NCBI GenBank assembly: GCA_030390025.1
Contig: CM059433.1
Span: forward strand, 4,650,001 to 4,714,000
Direction of reading: 5' to 3'
Source of the DNA: Squalus acanthias
Taxonomy: Eukaryota
DNA: 64,000 bases
A program made the position numbers and the translations under genes. The notes under the pieces are model-generated. The model was not told the DNA's origin and ran no database searches. It saw only the letters and a program-made list of their open reading frames with translations. This document shows positions 46,456 through 59,322 of the stretch, in pieces. The stretch's first letter is position 1. Each line of letters starts with the position of its first letter.

Positions 46456-49400
46456 GGAGTTCAAACCCCACCACGGCAGCTGGGGAATTTAAATTCAGTT
46501 AATTAAATAAACATGGAATAAAAGGCTAGAATCAGTGATGGTGACCATGAAACTATCGGAGTGTCGTAAAAACTCATCTGGTTCACTGATGTCCTTTAGG
46601 GAAGGAAATCTGCCGTCCTTACCTGGTCTGGCCGATATGTGACTCCAGACCCACAGCAATGTGGTTGACTCTTAACTGCCCTCTGAAATGGCCCAGCAAG
46701 TCACTCAGTTGTACCAAATCGTTACAAAAAAGCATAAGAATAAAACTGGATTCGGACACGACAAAGGCACACCCAGCCCAGTCGACTCTGCAAAGTCCTC
46801 CTCACTAACATCTGGGGACTTGCGGCAAAATTGGGAGAACTGTCCCACAGACTAGTCAAGCAACAGCCTGACATATTCATACTCACAGAATCATACCTTT
46901 CAGCCAATGTCCCAGACTCTTCAATCGCCATCCTTGGGTATGTCCTGTCCCACCGGCAGGACAGACCCATCAGGGGTGGTGGCACAGTGGAAAACAGTCG
47001 GGAGGGAGTGGACCTGGGAATCCTCAACATTGACTCCGGACCCCATGGAGTCTCATGGCATCAGGTCAAACATGGGCAAGGAAACCTCCTGCTGATTACC
47101 ACCTACCACTAATGAATCAGTACTCCTCCATGTTGAACACCACTTGGAAGAAGCACTGAGGGCATAGAATATACTCTGGGTGGGGGACTTCAATGTCCAT
47201 CACCAAGAGTGGCTTGGTAGCACCACTACTGACCGAGCTGGCCGAGTCCTGAAGGACATAGTTGCCAGTCTGGGCCTGCGACAGGTGGTGAGAGAACCAA
47301 CACGAAGGAAAAACCTACTTGACCTCGTCCTCACCAATCTAGCTGCTGCAGATGCATCTGTCCCTGACAGTATTGGTAGGTGAGTCCTTGTGCAGACGAA
47401 GTCCTGTCTTCACACTGAGGACACCCTCCATCGTGTTGTGTGGCACTACCACTGTGCTAAATGGGACAGATTCAGAACAGATCTAGCAGCTCAAAACTGG
47501 GCATCCATGAGGCGCTGTGGGCCATCAGCTGCAGCAGAATTGTATTCCCCCACAATCTGTAACCTCATGGCCCGGCATATCCCTCAGTCTACCAGTAACA
47601 TCAAGCCAGGAGACCAACCCTGGTTCAATGAGTGTAGAAGAGCATGCCAGGAGCAGCACCAGGTGAACCTAAAAATGAGGCGGCCACCTGGGGAAGCTGC
47701 AACACAGGATTACATGCATGCTAAAAAGCAGAAGCAGCATGCTATAGACAGAGCTAAGCAATCCCACAATCAATGGATCAGATCAAAGTTCTGCAGTCCT
47801 GCCACATCCAGTCGTGAATGGTGATGGACAATTTAACAACTAACGGAAGGAGAAGGCTCCATGAACATTCCCATCCTCAATGATGGCAGAGCCCAGCACG
47901 TGAGTGCAAAAGACAAGGCTGAAGCGTTTGCAACCATCTTAAACCAGAAGTGCCGAGTGGATGATCCATCTCGGCCTCCTCCTGAAGTCCCCACCATCAC
48001 AGAAGTCAGTCTTCAGCCAATTTGATTCACTCCACGTGACATCAAGAAACGGTTGAGCGCACTGGATACAGAAAATACTATGGGTCCTGACAACATCCCG
48101 GCTGTCGTGCTGAAGACTTGTGCTCCAGAACTAGCCGCGCCTCTAGCCAAGCTGTTCCAGTACAGCTACAACACTGGCATCTATCCGACAAAGTTGAAAA
48201 TTGCCCTGGTATGTCCTGTCCACAATAAGCAGGACAAATCCAATCCGGCCAATTACCGCCCCAACAGTCTACTCTCAATCATCAGCAAAGTGACGGAAGA
48301 TGTCGTCGACATTGCTATCAAGCAGCACTTACTCACCAATAACTTGCTCACCGTTGTTCAGCTTAGGTTCCGCCAGGACCACTCGGCTCTAGACCTCATT
48401 ACGGTCTTGGTCCAAACATGGGCAAAAGAGCTGAATTCCAGAGGTGAGGTGAGAGTGACTGCCCTTCAAATCAAGGCAGCATTTGACAGTGTGGCATCAA
48501 GGAGCCCCAATAAAACTGAAGTCAATGGGAATCAGGGGGAAAACTCTCCACTGGCTGGAGTCATACCTAGCACAAAGGAAGATGGCTGTGGTTCTTGGAG
48601 GCCAATCATCACAGCCCCAGGACATCACTACAGGAGTTCCTCAGGGCAGTGTCCTAGGCCCAACTATCTTCAGCTACCAAATCAATGACCTTCCCTCCAT
48701 CATGAGGTCAGAAGTGGGATGTTCGTTGATAATTGCAGTGTTCAGTTTCATTCACAACTCCTCAGATAATGAAGCAGTCCGTGCCCACATGCAGCAAGAC
48801 ATGGACAACATTCAGGCTTGGGCTGATAAGTTGCAACTCACCTTCGCATCACACAAGTGCCAGGCAATGACTATCTCCAACAAGAGAAGGTCTAACCACC
48901 GCCCCTTGACATTCAATGGCATTACCATCGCCGAATCCCCCATCAACAACATCCTGGGGGGGTCACCATTGACCAGAAACTTAGCTGGACCAGCCACATA
49001 AATCATAGAATCATAGAAGATAGGAGCAGGAGTAGGCCATTCGGCCCCTCAGCCTGCTCCGTCATTCAATGCGATCATGGCTGATCATCCAAATTCAGTA
49101 CCCTGTCCCTGCTTTCTCCCCATATCCCTTGATCCCATTAGCCTTAAGAAATATATCCAACTTCTTCTTGAATCTATTTAATGAATTGGCATCTACTGCC
49201 TTCTGTGGCGGAGAATTCCACAGGTTCACCACTCTCTGGGTGAAGAAATTCCTCCTCATCTCAGTCCTAAATGGCTTATCCCTTATCCTTAGATTGTGAC
49301 CCCTGGTTCTGGACTCCCCGACCATCGGGAATATCCTTCCTGCATCTAGTTTCTCCTGTCCTGTTAGAATTTTATAAGTTTCAATGAGATCCCCTCTCAT

Positions 49401-51470
49401 TCTTCTAAACTCCAGCGAGTATAAGCCCAATCAACCCAATCTCTCCTCATACGTCATTCCTGCCATCCCAGGTATCAGCCTTGTGAATCTTCACTGAACT
49501 CCTTCCATGGCAAGAACATCCTTCCTCAGATAAGGCGACCAAAACTGCACGCAATACTCAAGGTGTGGTCTCACCAAGGCCCTGTACAACTGCAGCAAGA
49601 CATCCTTGTTCCTGTACTCGAACCCTCTCGCTATGAAGGCCAACATACCATTTGCCTTCTTAACCGCCTGCTGCACCTGCATGCTTACCTTCAGCGACTG
49701 GTGCACAAGGACACCCAGGTCTCATTGCACTTCCCCTTCTCCCAATCTGTTGCCATTCAGATAATAATCTGCCTTTCTGTTTTTGACACCAAAGTGGATA
49801 ACCTCGCATTTATCCACGTTATATTGCATCTGCCACGCTTCTGCCCAATCACCCAACCTGTCCAAATCATCCTAGAGTTTCTCGGCATCCTCCTCGCAGC
49901 ACACACGCCCACCCAGTTTTGTGTCGTCTGCAAACTTGGAGATATTACATCTAGTTCCCTTGTCTAGATCATTAATATATATTGTGAATAGCTGGAGTCC
50001 AAGGACCGATCCCTGCGGTACCCCACTAGTCACTGCCTGCCACTCGGAAAAAGACCCGTTTATTCCAACTCTTTGCTTTCTGTCTGCCAACCAGTTCTCT
50101 ATCCAAGTCAATACCTTGCCCCCAATCCCATGTGCCTTAACTTTACACGCTAATCTCTTATGCAGGACCTTATCAAAAGCCTTTTGGAAGTCCAAATACA
50201 CCACATCCACTGGTTCTCCTGTATCTATTTTACCAGTTACATCCTCAAAAAATTCCAGTAGATTAGTCAAGCATGATTTACCTTTTGTAAATCCATGCTG
50301 ACTTTGTCCGATCCTGTCACTGTTTTCCAAGTGCTCAGCTATTACATCTTTTATAATGGACTCTAGCATTTTCCCCACTACCGATGTCAGGCTTACCGGT
50401 CTGTAATTCCCCGTTTTCTCTCTACCACCCTTTTTAAATAGTGGGGTAACATTAGCTACCCTCCAATCCATGGGTACTGTTCCAGATTCCATCGAATGTT
50501 GGAAGATGATCAGCAATGCATCTACTATTTCTAGGGCCACTTCCTTAAGTACCCAAGGATGTAGATTATCAGGCCCTGGGGATTTATCAGCTTTCAATCC
50601 CTTCAATTTCCCTAACACTATTTCCCTACAAATACTGATTTCTTTCAGTTCCTCCCTTTCATCAGACCCTATGTTCCCCAACATCTCTGGGAGGTTATTT
50701 GTGTCCTCCTTTGTGAAGACAGAACCAAAATATGTATTTAATTGGTCTGACATTTCTTTGTTCCCCATTATAAGTTCCCCTGATTCTGACTGCAAGGGAC
50801 CTATGCTTGATTTCACTAATCTTTTTCTCTTCACATATCTATAAAAGCTTTTACAGTCAGTTTTTATGTTCCCTGTGGTTACAAGAGCAGGTCAGAGGCT
50901 GGGTATTCTGCGGCGAGTGTCTCACCTCCAGACTCCCCAAAGCCTTTCCACCATCTACAAGGCACAAGTCAGGAGTGCGATGGAATACTCTCCACTTGCC
51001 TGGATGAGTGCAGCTCCAAAAACATTCAAGAAGCTCAACACCATCCAGGACATAGCAGCCCGCTTGATTGGCACCCCATCCACCACCTTAAAACTTCACT
51101 CCCTCCACCACCGGCACACCGTGTCTGCAGTTTGTACCATCTACAAGATGCACTGCAGCAACTCGCCAAGGCTTCTTCGGCAGCACCTCCCAAACCCGCA
51201 AACTCTTCTACCTAGAAGGACAAGGGCAGCAGGCGCATGGGAACACCACCACCTCCAAGTTCCCCTCCAAGTCACATACCATCCTAACGTAGAAGTATAT
51301 CGCAGATCCTTCATCATCGCTGGGTCAAAATCCTGGAACTCCCTACCTAACAGCACTGTGGGAGTACCTTCACCACACGGACTGCAGCGGTTCAAGAAGA
51401 CGGCTCACCACCACCTTCTCAAGGGCAATTAGGGATGGGCAATAAATGCTGGCCTTGCCAGCGACACCTA
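46456..51470 (+). mobile_element. Single-ORF CR1-like LINE (APE + RT) with SINE-like 5' end, decayed, split by a nested CR1
   Basis: LLTNIWGL...ILTESYL, GDFNVHH, LLDLVLTN (APE); GPDNIP, NYRP, GVPQGSVLGP (RT); resumes at 50873 and ends GGGCAATAAATGCTGGCCTTGCCAGCGAC. Confidence 0.85.
49004..50875 (-). mobile_element. 5'-truncated CR1 LINE nested in another LINE
   Basis: RT ORF 49872-50834, very similar to 57570-59400; splits host sequence CACATAAAT / CTGTGGTTACAAG. Confidence 0.93.
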
Positions 51471-51564
51471 CATTGATGCTAACTGTACATGAGCAATAAC
51501 GTCCCCACATTTTACCATTCCCAGGAAGACTGAAAGAGATCGTTATGATAAAGAATAATCTTAC

Positions 51565-51741
51565 CCAACAGAGCATTTCGGCCATTATCATCCGGTAAAA
51601 ATCGCTTATCCACAGCACAGACTAAAAGGTGCTCAGGAAGGTACGGAGACTTGGCACCGATTAGCAAAAATCCTGATGGCACCTCAATCTGCTCGCTTGA
51701 CATCGAAACAAGTCGTAAGTCCTTCCCTGCCTGACAGAAGC
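51565..51741 (-). CDS. GREB1: GREB1 coding exon 3
   Basis: [60 protein letters not shown]; poly-T-ag acceptor, G|gtaaga donor, 177 nt. Confidence 0.96.
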
Positions 51742-52550
51742 CTAAAAAAAAAAAAATTCACAGGTAGGTATCAGACTAAAACAAGTTCATTTCTTTAAGA
51801 CCTGGGCAGAGAAAAAGTTCACTTGCAATCAGCAGAACTGCAGGTTCCTGAATCTTAACATTTATAAACTGACTGGGTTGCATGGTTGGAATATTTTTCT
51901 TGTGATCAAAACCAGACAGTGAGTGAAGTCAATTTCTAAAATTTGTACTTGTTTAAAAATTAAAGTTAATCTTTAAATAATCAGTACGAATCCAAAACTA
52001 CAGAGAGAAAAAGTAGTTTGTGTGTCTCTTTACGGGAATGATGTAAATACATCTGGTCTTGTATTTAATATTGTGATGTGTTTTACCATCAATGAAAAGA
52101 ACCTTTATATTTTGAAGCAGAGTTGTTCACTGTTTTTTATCCTGTCCAGGGTCTTAACCCTTTCTGCATCGTGGACGCGTTACCTTCCCCAGTGCAAGCT
52201 GGTTACTGTCGTTATGACAACTCATCCAGCCATAACGCATCAGAGTTTGAGACTGAAAAATCAGGGTAGAATTTGACCGGATCAATCTGTGGTGCATCCA
52301 AGTCAACCTCTGGAACTGTCAGTCTCAACCTGAACATTTCAAACAGCATTAGGAGTAGGTTTTCGACCAGATATTACTTAATTGATTCCAGAAAGCCACG
52401 GAAAACAGGCAAGTAAATGTATTTAAAAGTTATTGTACAAAAGAAATCATAGAAATGCTGAACTCGTTTATATTAAATAAGGTGAATAGTAAATAAAAGC
52501 AAGGCACCAAAGGTAAGGCACTTTTCTGTCGGGAAGGGAGAGAAAAACAG

Positions 52551-53392
52551 ACAGGCTGAGTGAGTGGGCGAGAACATGGCAAATGGAATATAATGTGGAG
52601 AAATGTGAAGTTATCCACTTTGGTAGGAAAAATAGAAAAGCAGAGTAATTTTTAAATGGTGAGAGATTGGGAAATGTTGGTGTTCAGAAGGGCCTGGGTG
52701 TCCTTGTACACGAATCACTGAAAGTTAACATGCAGGTACAGCAAGCAATCAGGAAAGCAAATGGTATGTTGGCCTTTATTACAAGAGGATTTGAGTATAA
52801 GAGTAAAGATGTCTTACTGCAATTATATAGGGCCCTGGTGAGACCACACCTGGAGTATTGTGTGCTGTTTTGGTCTCCTTACCTAAGGAAGGATATACTT
52901 GCCATAGAGGGAGTGCAACAAAGGTTCACCAGACTGGTCCCTGGGATGAGGGGGACTGTCCTATGAGGAGAGATTGAGTAGACTAGGCCTATATTCTCTG
53001 GAGTTTAGAAGAATGAGAGGTAATCTCATTGAAACATACAAAATTCTTACAGGGCTTCACAGGGTAGATGCAGGGAGGATGTTTCCCCTGGCTGGGGAGT
53101 CTAGAACCAGAGGTCACAGTCTCAGAATAAGGGGTCGGCCATTTAGCACTGAGATGAGGAGAACTTTCTTCACTCAGAGGGTGGTGAATCTTTGGAATTC
53201 TCTACCCCAGAGGGCTGTGGAGGCTCAGTCGTTGAGTATATTCAAGACAGAGATCGATAGATTTTAGAATATTAAGGGAATCAAGGGGATAGTGGAGGAA
53301 AGTGGAGATGAGGTAGAAGATCAGCCATGATCTTACTGAATGGCAGAGCAGGCTCGAAGGGCCGAAGGGCCCACTCCTGCTCCTATTTCTTA
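52551..53392 (+). mobile_element. CR1 LINE 3' portion
   Basis: KANGMLAFITRGFEYKSKDVLLQLYRALVRPHLEYC; same subfamily as 7060-7647. Confidence 0.9.
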
Positions 53393-53934
53393 TGAAAAAT
53401 CTAATGGAAGTATCCACCGGAACAATCTCGTGCCTCCGAGTAGCTTGCTGAGGCGTAGGCCACCCCATCCTCCACGGACACAAGCGATATATAAGCGAAT
53501 AGCAGAGACAGAAAGATAATTTGAAAAAGATGGTGACCTGACACTCGTTCTTATCCTAAAAAAAGTTGAATCTTTATTGTATTTAGTTACTTGTGGTTTA
53601 ATTTTTTGACGGGCGATTTCTGTTAAATGGATATCCCTCTTTCCAAAAAGAGATTAACTTATCAGAAGCATTATTTTAACTGGATATGACAGTGAAGGAA
53701 GCATGAGTATTGCTGTTGCTCTTCTGTCTCCCAGATAGCAGAAAGCAGTAAATGTTGGCCACAGGGCTGAAAGGCTGTTGAGTGCATATGTTATATTACA
53801 ATGAATGTATACTGCAGCTTGGAGGAAGGGAGATCCTTGAGCCAGAGTAATTCAAGGTACTACCTGGCAGTATTGAAGTTTCAGGTCTCTGATGCCTACG
53901 ATCGGTATGCAGAACTAAATAAATGCACATTTAA

Positions 53935-54717
53935 AATTTTTATTCGTTTATGGGATGTGGGCGTCGCTGGCAAGCCCAGCATTTATTGCCCATCCCTAAT
54001 TGCCCTCGAGAAGGTGGTGGTGAGCCGCCTTCTTGAAACGCTGCAGTCTGTGTGGTGAAGGTACTCCCACAGTGCTGTTAGGGAGGGAGTTCCAGGATTT
54101 TGACCCAGCGACGATGAAGGAATGGCCGTTATACGTCCAAGTCAGAATGGTGTGTGACTTGGAGGGGAACTTGGAGGTGGTGGTGTTCCCATGCGCCTGC
54201 TGCCCTTGTCCTTCTAGGTGGAAGAGGTCGCAGGTTTGGGAGGTGCTGCCGAAGAAGCCTTGGTGAGTTGCTGCAGTGCATCTTGTAGATGGTACACACT
54301 GCAGCCACGGTACACCGGTGGTGGAGGGAGTGAATGTTTAAGGTGGTGGATGGGGTGCCAATCAAGCGGGCTGCTTTGTCCTGGATGGTGTTGAGCTTCT
54401 TGAGTGTTGTTGGAGCTGCACTCATCCAGGCAAGTGGAGATTATTCCATCACACTCCTTACTTGTGCCTTGTAGATGGTGGAAAGGCTTTGGGGAGTCAG
54501 GAGGTGAGACACTCGCCGCAGAATACCTAGCCTCTGACCTGCTCTTGTTGGTACAGTATTTATGTGGCTGGTCCAGTTAAGTTTCTGATCAATGGTGAAC
54601 CCCAGGATGTTGATGGTGGGGGATTCGGCGATGGTCATGCTGTTGAATGTCAAGGGGCTGTGGTTAGACTCTCGCTTGTTGGAGATGGTCATTGCCTGGC
54701 ACTTGTGTGGCGCAAAA
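53935..54717 (-). mobile_element. 3' portion of the SINE-headed CR1-like LINE family
   Basis: RAGQRLGILRRVSHLLTPQSLSTIYKAQVRS, HSLHHRCTVAAVCTIYKMHC; same tail as 51380-51470. Confidence 0.9.
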
Positions 54718-55395
54718 TTCTTATCCTAAAGGATGCTATGGAATTTCTCAATTGGCAGAGCCAAAACTGATTATCAATGGAGTAGCTCTTTCCCAAGTGT
54801 GATGATGGCTAGAATGGCAGATCTCAGAGCAGCAGCAATAATAGTTTTTTCTACAGAATTAAAAAGAGACACTGGGCCAGATTTTCCAATCGCTCCCCCT
54901 CCCCCGCTGATTTTTCGTTAGATCTGGAGTAGGCACGTGGCGGGCAATGGTTCGGCCACATCCTTTGCCGCGTCTCCAGCTTGCTGTGATTTTAGAATTC
55001 TTCCACCCGCCCCTGCCCCAGGGTCCAGTGGCATACAATATGCCCACCCATGGGTGGTATATTCCAACAAGATGCAAATTAGAGATTCAGTATTTAATTA
55101 AGGTTAGAATGTTTTAAAGGCAAGTTTATCAATTTACAAATAGTTTTACTGTAGAAAATCACAGCAGATTAGCAGCCCTCATGTTAATCGTCGCAGGTAA
55201 GTGATTGGTAGTTGAGTATTTCTCTCTTTCTCACTTTTTTCCAAACTTAATTTTTGTGGTTTATAGTTTCTAGGGTCTCTGTTGTGTAGCGGGGAGTGCT
55301 GGTAAACAAGGGCCCTTGACTATATCATTTAATTGTAGTGTAATTAGTGGTATTGATTTGATTTAATTTAATTTGTATTAATTAAAGGGTAAGTC

Positions 55396-56351
55396 ATGAC
55401 AGCACAGCTCGGCCCCGTGGCATGCTCCTCCTGCACTATGTGGGAAATCAGGGACACTTCCTGTGTCCCTGACGACCATGTGTGCGGGAAGTGTATCCAG
55501 CTGCAACTACTGACAGACCACATTGCGGCGCTGAAGCTGCGAATGGATACATACTGGAGCATTCGCGATGCTGAGGACATCGTGGATAACACGTTTAGGG
55601 AGTTGGTCACACCGCAGGTAAAGGCTGCACAGGCAGGAAGGGAATGGGTGACTACCAGGCAGAGTAGTCGGCGCAGGCAGGTAGTGCAGGGGTCCCCTGT
55701 GGCCATCCCCCTTTCAAACGGGATTACCACTTTGGATATTGTTGAGGGGGATGACTTATCGGGGGAAGGTAGCAGCAGCCGCCAACTTCCTGGCACCATG
55801 GGTGGTCCTGCTGCACAGGACGGGATGAATAAAAGAGTGGGAGAGCTATAGTGATAAGGGATTCTATTGTAAGGGGAATAGATAGGCGTTTCTGCGGCCG
55901 CAAACGAGACTCCAGGATGGTATGTTGCCTCCCTGGTGCAAGGGTCAAGGATGTCTCGGAGCGGCTGCAGGGCATTCTGGAGGGGGAGGGTGAACAGCCA
56001 GTTGTCGTAGTGCATATAGGTACCAACGATATAGGTAAAAAACAGGATGAGGTCCTAAAAGCTGAATATAGGGAGTTAGGAGGTAAATTAAAAAATAGGA
56101 CCTCAAAGGTAGTAATCTCAGGATTGCTACTAGTGCCACGTGCTAGTCAGAGTAGAAATAGAAGGATATTTCAGATGAATATGTGGCTAGAGGAATGGTG
56201 CAAGGGGGAGGGATTCAAATTCCTGGGACATTGGAACGGGTTCTGGGGGAGGTGGGACCAGTACAAACTGGACGGTTTGAACCTGGGCGGGACCGGAACC
56301 GATGTCCTAGGAGGAGTGTTTGCTAGTGCTGTTGGGGAGGGTTTAAACTAA
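55396..56351 (+). pseudogene. CR1 ORF1: Cys zinc finger, coiled coil and SGNH/GDSL esterase; one frameshift
   Basis: CSSC...CGKC; (R)DSIVRG, CLPGA, HIGTND, DGLNL esterase blocks; frame change near 55830. Confidence 0.88.
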
Positions 56352-56536
56352 AATAGCAGGGGGTTGGGAACCTGTGCAGGGAGACAGAGGAAAGGTAAGC
56401 AAGGATAGAAACAAAAGACAGGAAGGAGAAAAGCAAAAGTGGAAGGCAGAGAAATCAATGGTGTAAATCAAACAGGGCCATAGTAAATAATAATTCTAAA
56501 AGGACCAAGAGTGTTAAAAAATCAAGCCTGAAGGCT

Positions 56537-59322
56537 TTGTGTCTTAATGCGAGGAGCATTCGTAATAAGGTGGATGAATTAGCTGCGCAAATAGATGTAA
56601 ACGGATATGATATCATTGGGATTACGGAGACATGGCTCCAGGATGACCAAGTCTGGGAATTCAACATCCAGGGGTATTCAATATTCAGGAAGGACAGGAA
56701 AAAAGGAAAAGGAGGTGGGGTAGCATTGCTGGTTAAAGAGCAGATTAACACAATAGTAAGGAAGGATATTAGCTCTGCTGATGTGGAATCTGTATGGGCA
56801 GAGCTGAGAAATACCAAGGGGCAGAAAGCATTAGTGGGAGTTGTATACAGACCCCCAAACAGTAATGCTGAGGTTGGGGATGGCATTAAACGGGAAATTA
56901 GAGACGCGTGCAATAAGGGCACAGCAGTTATCATGGGTGACTTTAATCTACATATAGATTGGGCTAACCAAATTAGTAACAATACTGTGGAGAAGGAATT
57001 CCTAGAGTGTGTACGGGATGGTTTCCTGGACCAATATGTCGAGGAACCAACTAGAGATCAGGCCATCTTAGACTGGGTATTATGTAATGAGAAAGGATTA
57101 ATTAGCAATCTTGTTGTGCAAGGCCCCTTGGGTAGGAGCGATCATAATATGATAGAATTCTTCATTAAAATGGAGGGTGAAGTAGTTGACTCAGAGACTA
57201 GGGTCCTGAATTTAAATAAAGGAAACTACGATGGTATCAGGCACGAGTTGGCTAGGATGGATTGGGGAATGTTACTTAAAGGGTTGACGGTGGATAGGCA
57301 ATGGCAAACATTTAAAGATCGCATGGATGAACTACAGAATTTGTTCATCCCTGTTTGGAATAAAAATAAAACAAAAAAAGTGACTCAACTGTGGCTAACA
57401 AGGGAAATTAGGGATAGCATAAGATCCAAGGAGAAGACATATAAATTGGCCAGAAAAAGCAGCAAACCTGAGGATTGGGAGCAGTTTAGCACTCAGCAAA
57501 GGAGGACAAAGGGATTAATTAAGAGGGGGAAAATAGATTATGAGAGTAAGCTTGCAGGGAACATAAAAACTGACTGTAAAAGCTTCTATAGATATGTGAA
57601 GAGAAAAAGATTGGTGAAGTCAAGCGTAGGTCCCTTGCAGTCAGAATCAGGGGAAATTATAATGGGGAACAAAGAAATGGCAGACCAATTAAATACATAC
57701 TTTGGTTCTGTCTTCACAAAGGAGGACACAAATAACCTCCGAGAGAAGTCGGGGAACATAGGGTCAAATGAGAGGGGGGAATTGAATGAAATCAGTATTT
57801 GTAGGGAAATGGTGTTAGGGAAATTGACGGGATTGAAGGCCAATAAATCCCCAGGGCCTGATAATCTACATCCTAGGGTACTTAAGGAAGTGGCCCTAGA
57901 AATAGTAGATGCATTGCTGGTCATCTTCCAAAATTCTATAGACTCTGGAACAGTTCCCATGGATTGGAGGATAGCTAATGTAACCCCACTATTTAAAAAA
58001 GGTGGTAGAAAGAAAACGGGGAATTATAGACCGGTAAGTCTGAAAACGGTAGTGGGGAAAATGCTAGAGCCCATTATAAAAGATGTAATGGCAGAGCACT
58101 TGGAAAACAGTGACAGGATCGGACAAAGTCAACATGGATTTACAAAAGGTAAATCATGCTTGACTAATCTACTGGAATTTTTTGAGGATGTAATTGGTAG
58201 AATAGATAAGGGAGAACCAGTGGATGTGGTGTATTTGGACTTTCAGAAGGCTTTCGATAAGGTCCCACATAAGAGATTGGCGTGCAAAGTTAAAGCACAT
58301 GGGATTGGGGGTAAGGTACTGTCTTGGATAGAGAAATGGTTGGCAGACAGGAAGCAAAGAGTTAGAATAAATGGGTCTTTTTCCGAGTGGCAGGCAGTGA
58401 CTGGTGGGGTACAGCAGGGATCGGTGCTAGGACCCCAGCTAGTCACAATATATATATAAATGATCTAGACGAGGGAACTAGATGTAATATCTCCAAGTTT
58501 GCAGACGACACAAAGCTGGGTCGGTGTGTGTGCTGTGAGGAGGATGCAGAGAAACTCCAGTATGATTTGGACAGGTTGGGTGATTATACTGCATTTGCCA
58601 TGCATCTGCCCAATGTGGATAAATGCGAGGTTATCCACGTCGGTGGCAAAAACAGGAAGGCAGATTATTATCTGAATGGCAATAGATTGGGAAAAGGGGA
58701 AGTGCAACGAGACCTGGGTGTCCTTGTGCACCAGTCGCTGAAGGTAAGCATGCAGGTGCAGCAGGCAGTTAAGAAGGCAAATGGTATGTTGGCCTTCATA
58801 GCGAGAGGATTCGAGTACAGGAGCAAGTTGTACAGGGCCTTGGTGAGACCACACCTTGAGTATTGCGTGCAGTTTTGGTCACCTTATCTGAGGAAGGATG
58901 TTCTTGCCATGGAGAGAGTGCAGCGAAGATTCACCAGACTGATACCTGGGATGGCAGGAGTGACGTATGAGGAGAGATTGGGTCAATTAGGCTTATATTC
59001 ACTAGAGTTTAGAAGAATGAGAGGGGATCTCATTGAAACTTGTAAAATTCTAACAGGACTGGACAGACTAGATGCAGGAAGGATGTTCCCGATGGCGGGG
59101 GAGTCCAGAACCAGGGGTCACAGTCTAAGGATAAGGGGTAAGCCATTTAGGACTGAGTTGAGGAGAAACTTCTTCACCCAGAGAGTGGTGAACCTGTGGA
59201 ATTCTCTACCACAGAAGGCAGTAGAGGCCAATTCATTAAATATATTCAAGAAGGAGTTAGATATATTTCTTAAGGCTAAAGGGATCAAGGGATATGGGGA
59301 GAAAGCAGGGACAGGGTACTGA
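56537..59322 (+). pseudogene. CR1 ORF2 (APE endonuclease + reverse transcriptase), frameshifted near 58450
   Basis: LNARS, ITETWL, GDFN, SDH; YLDFQKAFDKV, QGSVLGP, FADDTK; frameshift in an ATATATA run. Confidence 0.93.

Noticed and set aside
55190..55270. Splice-like signals (CAG|GTAAGT, pyrimidine tract) in the CR1 5' UTR
   Set aside because: Antisense to GREB1 and no evidence of use from sequence alone.
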